Source of the DNA: an uncultured delta proteobacterium
GTDB taxonomy: Bacteria; Myxococcota_A; UBA9160; UBA4427
Length of the DNA stretch: 64,000 nucleotides
NCBI GenBank assembly: GCA_963822965.1
Contig: CAWGJT010000005.1
Location: forward strand, 800,001 to 864,000
Direction: 5' to 3'
Part shown: positions 37,315-47,080 of the stretch, piece by piece
How positions within the stretch are numbered: the first letter of the stretch is position 1
Layout: each line of letters opens with the position of its first letter
Translations under genes and position numbers: made by a program
The notes under the pieces: model-generated
Told to the model about the DNA's origin: nothing
Seen by the model: the letters and a program-made list of their open reading frames with translations, nothing else
Database searches by the model: none

Positions 37315-39261
37315 GTGGCGAAGGGCGAGCGAAGCAGGCGGAGTCTCCTGTCCTCCCTCTGGGACCGGACGTCGGGAGACGACGGGGGACCGCGCGACTA
37401 CGTGCTCTTCGCAATCGAAGGCGCCGACGCCGGCCTCTCGTTCCCCATCGATCGGCCCCAGATGCAGATCGGCCGCTCTCTGCCCGGGCGGGGCCGCGAG
37501 GGGGAGATCCGACTGACCGATCGCTCCGTGTCTTCCCGTCACGCCCTGCTCTCCTACGACGACGGTCGCGTCAGCATCGAGCACCTGCCTTCCGCCACCA
37601 ACCCCACCCTGGTGAACGGACGCCGCGTGAAGCGCAGCAAGCAGCTGCGCGAGGGGGATCGCATCGTGCTCGGCCTTGCGGTCCTCGAGCTGCGGGCGCT
37701 GCCACGACCCGCGCTCGAGCCGCCGCTGCCGCGCGTCCCGGGGAGCCCGCCCGCCTCGTCCGACGACGGCGAGCCGGTCGACGCCCGCGCCGCGCTGGTG
37801 GTGCGCGAAGGACCGCCCGAGCTCATCGGGAAGCGCTTCCCCCTGACGCAGCGACGCACGGCGCTCGGACGCGACGAGGACTGCGACATCGTGCTCGACG
37901 TGGGCGCCGTGTCACGGCGTCACGCCGCCCTGCTGTGGCAGGGAGATCAGCTCATCCTGGTCCACGAGAGCCGGGTGAACCCGACCCACGTGAACGACAT
38001 GCCGATCGCGGATCGCCGCCGCGTCTTCGACGGGGACGAGATCACGCTCTCCGAGCGGGTGACCCTCGAGCTGGTGCTGGAAGCTCACCGGGAAGAGCCC
38101 GCGCGGGCCGCGCCGCCGGCCCCGAGCCGCGCCGACGACGCCGAAGCCACGCGGCTGACGAGCCCGCCGGTGCCGCCCGCCGCCGACCCGACGGACGCGG
38201 AGGCGACCCGCATCTCGCTCGTCTCGCCGCCTCCAGGACGCCCGGAGCCCCGGGGCACGCCACCGCCCGCCGCCGCGGCCGACGCCGGCGAGACGTTCAT
38301 CGAGGCCCCCAGCGACCCGAAGCCCGGTGACGACGCCGAGACCCGCATCATGCAGGCCCCCGACGCCCCCTCCTTCGCCCCCTCCTTCGAAGAGGGCGAC
38401 GCCACCCGCATCGCCGAGCCCCCCGAGAGCCCGAAGCCCGGTGACGCCGCCGAGACCCGCATCATGCAGGCCCCCGACGCCCCCTCCTTCGCTCCCTCCT
38501 TCGAAGAGGGCGACGCCACCCGCATCGCCGAGCCCCCCGAGAGCCCGAAGCCCGGTGACGCTGCCGAGACCCGCATCATGCAGGCCCCCGACGCCCCCGC
38601 CTTCGCTCCCTCCTTCGAAGAAGGCGACGCCACCCGCATCGCCGAGCCCCCCGAGAGCCCGAAGCCCGGCGACGCCGCCGAGACCCGCATCATGCAGGCC
38701 CCCGACGCCCCCTCCTTCGCTCCCTCCTTCGAAGAGGGCGACGCCACCCGCATCGCCGAGCCCCCCGAGAGCCCGAAGCCCGGCGACGCCGGCGAGACCC
38801 GCATCATGCAGGCCCCCGACGCCCCCTCCTTCGCTCCCTCCTTCGAAGAGGGCGACGCCACCCGCATCGCCGAGCCCCCGGCCGCCGATGCGTCCCGCGA
38901 TTCGGGCGCCACCCGCGTCGTCGAGCCGCCGGAGCCGGGCGACGAAGCCCGTACCATGATCCGTCCCGCGCCCCGGCTTCCCGCACCGCCCGACGACGGC
39001 CCCCGCACCCGGATCATCGACCTGGACGCCGTGCTGCGCGCTGAGTCGCCGCCTCCCGACGCCTCCGAGCAGGCGACGGTGATCCGCCAGGGGCCCCGGG
39101 TGGAGCCCGAGCAGCCGGGCTCGCGACCGGAACGACGCGACCTCGACTCCGAGAAGACCCTGATCCGGCCGGTACCGGGAGCGAAGAAGTCTCCCGCCGG
39201 AGACGCCCCGGCGGCCGAGACCGTCATCATCCAGACGCCCGACGCCGAGGACGACGACTAG
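37315..39261 (+). CDS. Tandem FHA-FHA protein with Thr-motif repeat tail
   Basis: FHA1 is IGR...VSSRHA...ATNPTLVNG and FHA2 is LGRDEDCDI...VSRRHA...VNPTHVN. The C-terminal part of about 390 aa is a Pro/acidic disordered tail. Confidence 0.9.
   Translation: MAKGERSRRSLLSSLWDRTSGDDGGPRDYVLFAIEGADAGLSFPIDRPQMQIGRSLPGRGREGEIRLTDRSVSSRHALLSYDDGRVSIEHLPSATNPTLVNGRRVKRSKQLREGDRIVLGLAVLELRALPRPALEPPLPRVPGSPPASSDDGEPVDARAALVVREGPPELIGKRFPLTQRRTALGRDEDCDIVLDVGAVSRRHAALLWQGDQLILVHESRVNPTHVNDMPIADRRRVFDGDEITLSERVTLELVLEAHREEPARAAPPAPSRADDAEATRLTSPPVPPAADPTDAEATRISLVSPPPGRPEPRGTPPPAAAADAGETFIEAPSDPKPGDDAETRIMQAPDAPSFAPSFEEGDATRIAEPPESPKPGDAAETRIMQAPDAPSFAPSFEEGDATRIAEPPESPKPGDAAETRIMQAPDAPAFAPSFEEGDATRIAEPPESPKPGDAAETRIMQAPDAPSFAPSFEEGDATRIAEPPESPKPGDAGETRIMQAPDAPSFAPSFEEGDATRIAEPPAADASRDSGATRVVEPPEPGDEARTMIRPAPRLPAPPDDGPRTRIIDLDAVLRAESPPPDASEQATVIRQGPRVEPEQPGSRPERRDLDSEKTLIRPVPGAKKSPAGDAPAAETVIIQTPDAEDDD
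38317..38880 (+). repeat. About 5 x 114-bp coding tandem repeat (38 aa)
   Basis: PKPGDAAETRIMQAPDAPSFAPSFEEGDATRIAEPPES units start at 38317, 38431, 38545, 38659 and 38773 and are near-identical at DNA level. Confidence 0.97.
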
Positions 39262-39285
39262 GCCGAGGCGGTCACGATCTTCGGC

Positions 39286-41357
39286 TCAGAACGTCCCGGT
39301 CACGCCCAGGGACACGATGTTGGCGTCGTAGTCGTCGAGGCCCGAGCCGCTCAGGTTGTACTTGATGTAGCGGTAGCCGCCGTTGATCTTCCAGTTGTCG
39401 TTGATGCGGAAGTCGCCGGTCAGCGCGGCGTTGTGGCCCACGTTCTCCACCGAGTCGTCGTTGACGTAGAGCGTGTAGGAGCCCGTCGCCGACCACCGCT
39501 CCGTGGCGCGATACGTGACCCCGCTCGAGAGCGACTGCGTGAGCGTCTTGTACTCGAACGCGTTGCCGTTCTTCGACTCCACGCGCACCTGGCCGATCGA
39601 GTAGGTGCCGTAGAGGCTCCAGTCCCGGTGGGGCAGGTAGTAGAGCATGGGTGTCACGTTCCAGAACTGCGTCTTCACCTTGCCCTCGCCGGCGCCGCCG
39701 ACGATCACGGGTCGGACGCTGGGCGCGTCGTTGTTCCGGTCCTCGTAGACGTACTGGCCGCGCAGCTCGCCGCGCAGGTTCTTCAGGATCCTCCCGGAGC
39801 CCTTCAGGTAGACCCGGTGTCGCCTGGCGTCGTAGTCGCCGAGGATGAACTGGTTCTGCAGCTTGTCGATGTCCTGGGACAGGTCGCTGTACGAGAAGCG
39901 GTAGCCGCCCTCGATGGAGCGCCCGTGACGCATGCGGTAGCGCACCGAAGGACCGACCAGGAGGCGGTGGTCCTTCGAGCTCCACTTCTCCACCTCCGCG
40001 GGCTCGAGCTGGACGAAGGCCGTGTCCTGCCGGGAGTCGATGTCCTGGTAGAGGAAGCGGTAGCGCGCCTCGCCCTCGACGCTGAGATCCGAAGTCGCCC
40101 GCCAGTCGACGTGGATCCGGGTCGTCGAGACGATGGAGTTGCGGTCGGCGCTGTTGTGGACGGTGCCGAAGTCGCCGGTCAGGAAGTTGGATTCGTCGCG
40201 GCTCTCGTCGAGGTCGCCGCTTCTGTACGTGCCCGCGCAGGTGCGTGTCGGTGGTGACCACGAGGCCGCGAGTCCGGGTGATAGACCGTGCCGAAGCTGA
40301 GCGACGGCGTGAAGCGCGTCACCTTCGAGCTGGTGGTGGTGCGGGTCTGGAACACGTTGCCGCCGGAAGAGATGAACTGGTCGGGCTCCGGGTCGTTGCG
40401 TTCGAAGGAGAAGAAGCCCGACCCGAAGACGAAGAAGTCGGGCGAGAGGTTGCGGCTTCCCGCCAGGTCGTACTTGACGACGTGGATCTTGCTGTCCTGG
40501 GTGAAGCGTCCCACCTCGTCGATCGAGCCGTTGGTGTAGTTCGGCTCGGAAGTCGCTGCTCTGGATGTCGTAGTACTGATAGACGACGTCGGTCTGCCAG
40601 TTGATTCCGCCGACCTCGCTCCGGCCCCCGCCGAAGCTCATGTACTCGTCGTAGTCCACGTGCTTCCGGCCGGGGAAGTCGAAGTCGATGGTGCCCGGCC
40701 CGCTCCCCGGCACCTGGGTGCCGTCCACCGTGCCGGCCTTCAGGAGGGTCTGGTTGCCGTCCACGTTGCGATAGTGGAAGTCGAGGTACATGTCGCGCAG
40801 CGACGTCCACGCCGACGGCGTTCCCGTCGACGTCGACGGTGCCGCCCACGGTGAGCCAGTCCGTCGACGGGATACCGTTGCCGTAGAAGAGGCGGCCGTC
40901 GTTCGTGCCCGGGAAGCCCGTCGGGCTCGGGTCGCCCGTGCGGTTGTTGTAGTACTCGGTCCAGGCCTCGAAATCGAGCACGAGGTCGAAGGTGCTGAGA
41001 TCGCCGTACTCGCCGATGGCGAAGCCCTGCTTCTCGCCGGACTCGCCGAGCCCCTGCAGGCGGAAGTAGCTGCCGTCCTTCCACACCTGCCGCCAGTCGA
41101 GCGCGCCGTCGAGCCCGCTCTGCTTGTTGTAGTCCTCGAGGAACTTGCCCTTGCTGCCGTTCCGGTCGACGTACTTGCCGGTGGCGCCGAGGTTCGCGAG
41201 CCAGCCGGGCATCTCGAAGTTGGGCTCCGCCTTCGGGCTGGGGCTTCGCTTCGGCCTTCTCCTTCGCCACGACCGGACCCGCCATCCCCCCGATGCAGAC
41301 CACCGCCAGGGTGGCGATCCAGATCCGTCCCGCACGGCGTCGCGTTCGATTCGTCAT
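39286..41357 (-). CDS. MtrB/PioB-like outer-membrane beta-barrel porin (several frameshifts)
   Basis: Signal peptide MTNRTRRRAGRIWIATLAVVCIGGMAGPVVA and an N-terminal GSKGKFLEDY motif. Alternating aromatic beta strands end in YDANIVSLGVTGTF. It lies directly after the decaheme gene. Pieces are in ORFs 40319..41335, 40179..40514 and 39286..40791. Confidence 0.75.
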
Positions 41358-42335
41358 CAGAAGCGCCTCGGGTTCAAGGAACGGTTCGTGTTGGATCCGT
41401 GCACCTGGAAGTGGCAGTCGTAGCAGAGCGCGCCCTGGGCGAGGAAGTTCGAGTGGGGCTGCCGTCCGAAGAAGCTCGACGGATCCTGGAAGTGGCACTG
41501 GAGGCAGAGGCTGTTGTCGTTGGTGATGAGCAGCTTGTTGTTCACCGAGCCGTGCGGGCGTGTGGCAGACGTCGCAGCCCTCCTCCATGCCGAGGTGCTC
41601 GTAGACCCAGGGCCCCTGGATCTCCGGATGGCAGCCCTGGCAGGTCTCGTTGCGGCCCGCGACGACCATGTTCTTCTGGGGCTCGCCGTGGATCGGATGG
41701 CAGTCGGCGCACTTCATCTGCCCTTCCGGCACCCGGTGGTGGTATTGCAGCTTGAACTCCGCGCTCACGCTCTCGTGGCACTGGGTGCAGAAGGCGTCGT
41801 CGCTCTGGCCGTTGACGACGGGCCGCAGCGTCGATGGCGTCCCGCGGCTGCGAAGTGCAGGTCGCCGGGATGGCAGTCCCAGCAGCCGACCTGGCTGCGG
41901 GCGTGGTCGGACGTCTGCCAGAGCGGGAAGTCCTGCTGGTGGCACTGCTGGCAGAGCGCCGACTTCTCGGACGGCGCTCATGGCGCCGAGGTCCTCGATC
42001 CCGACGAGATCGTGGGGGTCGTCCTCGTAGTCGTCGTTGTTGTAGAAGTACTCGGAGTGCACGCTGCCCTTGCCGTGGCAGGATTCGCAGCCGCCGCTCG
42101 CGGTGCCGCCGAAGAAGGCGTCCCGGTGGTAGCTCTGCTTGTAGAAGTTGGGCTCCGCTTCGTGGCAGTCGGTGCAGGACTCGGAGCCCACGGCTTTCGC
42201 CTCGGGAACCTTTTCGGTGAGGATGCGGGGCAGCACCGACTCCCGGGGGTCGCCACTGCAGCCGGCGAGCAGGGCGAGAGCCAGGAGGAGGACGCCGGAC
42301 GCCCCCATCCTCGACATCACTGCACGTCGCCGCAT
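41357..42335 (-). CDS. DmsE/MtrA-family decaheme c-type cytochrome (lipoprotein signal; frameshifts near 41970, 41840 and 41555)
   Basis: Joining frames gives 10 CxxCH motifs: CTDCH, CESCH, CQQCH, CWDCH, CTQCH, CADCH, CQGCH, CDVCH, CLQCH and CYDCH. Family motifs HHRVPEGQMKC, GPWVYEH and VHGSN are present. Lipobox LAGC. Confidence 0.88.
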
Positions 42336-42367
42336 TCGCTCCCCCTCCTGGTCGCGTCGCCGCGGCA

Positions 42368-45300
42368 TCACGGAGCGGCCGAGATGACGTCGACCGTGGT
42401 GGTCCGCGTCTGTTGCACGGGCGGCACGTAGCCACCCGGCTCCGCGTTGCCGAGGGTGCTCACCGGCGCCACGAAGCAGTCGATGTCGATCGAGCGCGGG
42501 TTGTTGCACTGCTTGGGGTCGCTCGGGTCGCCCTGCGCCTCACGGATGAACGGCGGCTGTACCACCTGGGTACCGATCAGGTTCCGCAGGAAGCGCATGG
42601 GGAAGTGCCGGTTCATCAGCCGCGCTGCCACCACCAGCTCCTTGCCCGCCAGCTCCGGCGGGACCTCGACCTCGTACTCGAAGGTGCGCGGCTGGAAGGG
42701 CGGCATCGAGTTGAAGTTGAACGGGTGGTTCTGGATGAAGACCGACTCCGAGGGCCGACCGTTCAGCTCGAGGCTGGCCTGGACGTTGCAGGTGCCGTTC
42801 GGGCAATCGATCGCCCGACGTCACGTTGGTGCAGGTCGCACCCGGGTTGTCGCTCTCCGACGGAGCACTCGCCGTTGATGAGGCACACGCTGGCCGCCCT
42901 GCGCCCCGCAGCGTACAGGTGAGATTCAAGAAGCAGCTCACCGGGTTGTTGGGGTCGGGAAGCTTCGGATCACCGTTCGTCTGGCGCGGATCGGCGGGGT
43001 CGACGCACACGCCGTTCGCCGAGTTGCGGAACTGGTTCTGGAAGTTGGTGATGCCCTTGTTCTCGACGTTGCAGGGCCCGACGTTGCCGCAGTTGTTGGA
43101 GAGCGGGCAGTCGGCGTTCACGCTGCACGCGAGCCCCGAGCGGGGCCCTCCCACGCAGATCTCGGTCGGCTGACAGAGATTGCCCATCGGATCGCCGCAG
43201 TCGGCGCTCAGCGAGCACGGCTGCCCGTCGTTCGGACCGCCGTTGCACGCGCGCGACTCCAGCACGCACTCCTGCTGCCCGAGGTCGCTGTAGAAGCTCG
43301 CGCACTCGGGGTCGCCCGAGTCGCAGCACTCGAGCTCCGGGAAGCCCGAGCAGCGGAACAGGCACGGTCCCGCCGGACCGCAGTCGGCGTCGTCCTGGCA
43401 CGAGGCCCGGGCGAGGTCGTGGGCGCAGCGGCCGCGCTCGTTGCCGTCGGAGAGCTCGATCTCGGGCACGCACGGGCCGAGGTCCGCGTCGCCGTCCATG
43501 CACATGGGGTTGCCGAAGCCCGGCGCCGTGAAGCCCGGACCGTCGGCGGGCGTCATCGCCGGATCGCACATGCGCGCCTGGAACGGGAAGGCGGGATCGG
43601 TGCCGAGGTCGATGCCCGAGCCGGCGGCGATGGCCGCCCGGTAGGTCTCCTCGGTGGCCTCGGCGCAGATGTACTGGATGCTGAGGGCGCGGCCCTCGGC
43701 ACCCGGCTTCACCTCGACGCGGGGATCGCCCGGCAGGCCGCGCACCCGGGTCCCGGCCACCACGAGGAAGTCCTCGGGATCCTCGTCGTCGAGGCTGCCG
43801 TCGGGGGTCATCTCGCCGGTCTCGGGGTGGGCCTTGTCGAGCAGGAAGCCCGAGCGGTAGACGCAGCCGGCTTGCTCGAGGGCCGTGGCACCCACCGGGT
43901 CGCGCGAGTCCTCGGCCCCGGTGGCGATGGTGCCCTGCATGTTGCACGGGGCGTTCGGATCGAAGGGATCGAGGGCGCCGAGCTTGTCGGCCTCCTGGAC
44001 GTACACCTGCATCCAGTTCTGGCGCTCGTGGGAGAAGCCCGCCGGGAAGCGATGTCCGACGCCGACGTTCTCGACGGTCACCTCCACGTCGAGCTCGCCG
44101 CCCGCGACGACGGAGGCGGGCGTCGAGTCCACGGTGATCTTGAAGCCCGAGTCGATCAGCTCCTGACGCCGGCGTGCCTGCTCGGACTGGCCCGGGAAGC
44201 GCACGAGCGGCAGGTCCACGCCCGCCATGAAGTGGGTGGACACACGCCGCGCCGGGAGCGCCTGGGAGACGTTGCTCTGGGATCCTTCGAGCGCCGCGAG
44301 ATCCTGGGAGTAGAGGTCGTTCTTCTGGACGACCACCGGGGTGACGCCCGAGAAGTCGATGAGGGGCGTCTCGGGGAAGTTCGACATGTGGCAGTCCTGG
44401 CAGGTGATCACCTGGCCGCCGAAGGGGCTCGAGACGTTGCAGGGGCCCTCGTCGAAGCCGTTGACCATGCACTGGGCGTCGGACGTGCACGCACGGAACG
44501 AGTTGCCCTGGCAGAAGGTCAGCTCCGGGATGGTTGTAGAGGCTGATCTGCCACTCGCTGAAGAGGTTCTCCACCCGGCGGTAGCCCGCGTTGCGCGGGT
44601 CGCCCACGGCGGGCGTGCCGCCCTGGGGCGTCCCCGGCAGCGAATCCTTGTCGGCGTTCTCCGCCACGCAGGGGCCGCAGTCGTTGCCGCTGCAGCCGAC
44701 GTTCAGGTTCAGGCAGTCGGCGTCGACGCTGCAGACGTGGCTCGGCTGCTCCTGGCACGACTTGAGGATCGCGTTCACGAAGGGCGGGCGGACGTCGTGG
44801 CACGACGCGCAGAACATGCTGCTGCGGTAGAAGTTGCCGTCGGGCCGGTCGAGCTCGCCGGCGCCCACGTTGCGGCGCGTGAGCGGGGAGACGGTCTCGT
44901 CGTTGGGATCGTCGATGCCGCGCTGGAAGAGGTTCTGGGCGGTGTTGCTCGGCACCGCGCAGTCCACGGAGTTCTCACAGGCCTGCCCGGCGCGGGCGCT
45001 CGCCGCGCCGCACGTGAAGGCGACGCCGTCGAAGCCGCAGCCGCCGCAGTCCCGGTCGCTGCTGCAGACGGTGCCGCCGGGGGCGCTGCCGAGGGGCCCG
45101 CCCTGGCACAGCCCGCGGGCGCAGTAGGGAAGCTCCTCACAGGTGACCGCCGTGGGCCGCAGGATGTTCGCGCTCGCCTGGGGGTTCGCGACGCCGCCCC
45201 GGCGATCGGTCTGGTCGTAGGGCACCACCAGGGGCGAGTCGACCCGGGCGGACTCGTGGAAGGCGTTCAGCACCGGCGGCAGGGTGTCGTTCGCGACGCC

Positions 45301-46551
45301 CTGGCCCTGGGTGGCCGATGCGATGGGATAGGGGCCGAGGCGCAGCCGGCGCCCATCCGCCTCGGCGCTCCGCTCGGCGATGTCGATGGAGAGCACGCCC
45401 GCCGAGTCCGACTCGCGGAAGAGATCGCACGAGCGCTGGTGGTTCGGGAGCATGTTGTGGCACGACTCGCAGTTGATGCCCTCCTGGGCCTCGGGGAAGT
45501 AGTAGCTGGTGGCCGGCGTGATGATGCACGGGCCGCAGTCCTGGCCGGACGGGCAGCCGTTCTGACCCGCCGCGCAGTCGCTGTCGTCCACGCAGTGGAC
45601 GAGCCGCCGCGGGAAGAGGGTGTTCTGGTTCGCCGGCGGCATGTTCGAGCAGGTGCGACCCTCGAACTGGACGCACAGGCCGGGGCCGCCGCACACGTCG
45701 ACCGACGTCGCGTTCGTGCACTCCATGAGGCGGTTGGCGACGTTGGGCGAGTTGGGCGCGCACACGAACGGGATCACCGGCTGGACGTCCGCGAAGCCGC
45801 CGTTGTTTCCGCCGTAGCGCCCCTCGAGACCGATGAACGCCATCGGGGCGTGGCAGGGAAGGCAGAAGTTCCCGACGCCACCCGCCTGGGAGATGCCCCC
45901 ATTCGCGTCGATGAGGAGACCGGCGCCGAAGCTGTTCTGGCCGGCGGCCACGAGCGAGTAGAAGGTCGGGCTGATGCCCGTGTAGGCGTGGGGGCTGGTG
46001 CGCCACTCGTTGAACTGGCGCGGGTGGCAGAACTTGCAGTCCGCGGAGTTGCTGAACGGACGCGCCGCCTCGAAGCCGGGCGGGCTGGGGGGCGGGACCA
46101 CGCCGGCGCCGTCACCGCTGGGATCCGGGTCGAGCCCTGCCGTGGCGCGCTTCGCCATGGCGATGTCGCGCATCCCCACCACGCCGTCGCCGTCGAGATC
46201 GGCGTCCTCGTCGTATCCGGCCTCGCCGAAGACGCGGCCGAACGTGGTCCGGAAGGCCTGCACGATCGCCGACAAGAGCGAGGGCGTGCTGCCGGCGGCG
46301 CCGCCTCCCGACGTCGGCTCGGAGCGGGTCGTCGTCTCGCCGGAGGTCTGGGTCGTCGGGCTCGAACCGCCTCCGCCGAAGACCAGGACCTCGGACGTCG
46401 TGGTGATCTCGCCACTGGCGCTGCCGCCGCTGGAGACCGGGGCCGGAGCGGCCGCGCTGCCGCCCTCGTCGCTCGGGGGCTGGGGCTCGCTGCAGGCTAG
46501 GCCGAAGGCGAGCGCCGCTGCCAGGGCCAGAAGGAACCACCACCTACTCAT
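42368..46551 (-). CDS. Large pentaheme c-type cytochrome lipoprotein with Cys-rich inserts and an EF-hand/dockerin-like motif (frameshifts near 44525 and 42770-42890)
   Basis: Lipobox GLAC. Heme motifs CKFCH(PRQFNEWRTSPH), CLPCH, CESCH, CASCH and CQDCH, then THFMAG and GHRFPAG. Many C-x4-DC repeats and DADLDGDGVVGMRDI. Pieces are in ORFs 42970..46665, 42540..44468 and 42368..42706. Confidence 0.8.
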
Positions 46552-47080
46552 ACCCGCCCCCTTCCCGCTCGCCCGCTCGCTCGCACTGGCCGCCAATGAT
46601 CCGCATCCGCCCACATCCGGCCCGCGCCCGGAGCAGGCGCCCTTCCACCGATTCACCGGGAGCACCCCGGACGGGGTTACCTCCGGCGAGGTAGCGGGTC
46701 AACTCCGGAAACGAGAATGCTAGGTGAGGGGGCTCCGCAGTGGGCCAACCCTCTGGAAGATCGAAGCGAATTCTGGATACCCCGCCTGGTCGCGACCCTC
46801 TGCGACCCACCTGTTCCACCCGCGACCGACCTGGTCCTCGCGCCCGAGCACCGGGCAGGGAACCACACACGCCGCCATCTGCGTTCCGACGAACCCCGCC
46901 CGCCTACTATCGCTACTCCGCGAGCGAGTCCCGTGTCAAGCTTTTTTGGCGGGATTTTCCGATCCGATACGGGGACATCCGTTGCGACTTGCGACCGGGG
47001 GGTTTCGGTTACCATGCAGCCCGCGGTTCACGAGCCGCCACACACCGACGACGCCTGTCCGACGCCTGGGAGAGCTCCGC

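Noticed and set aside
46660..46715. c-di-GMP-I riboswitch-like words (GGGGTTACC, GGTAGCGG) in the divergent intergenic region
   Set aside because: The elements are in the wrong order and there is no GGCAAAC...GNRA...GCAAAG core. Only a small hairpin is present.
46934..46939. Perfect TTGACA -35 box on the minus strand upstream of the cytochrome operon
   Set aside because: There is no convincing -10 box at 16-18 bp spacing, so it is too weak to call.
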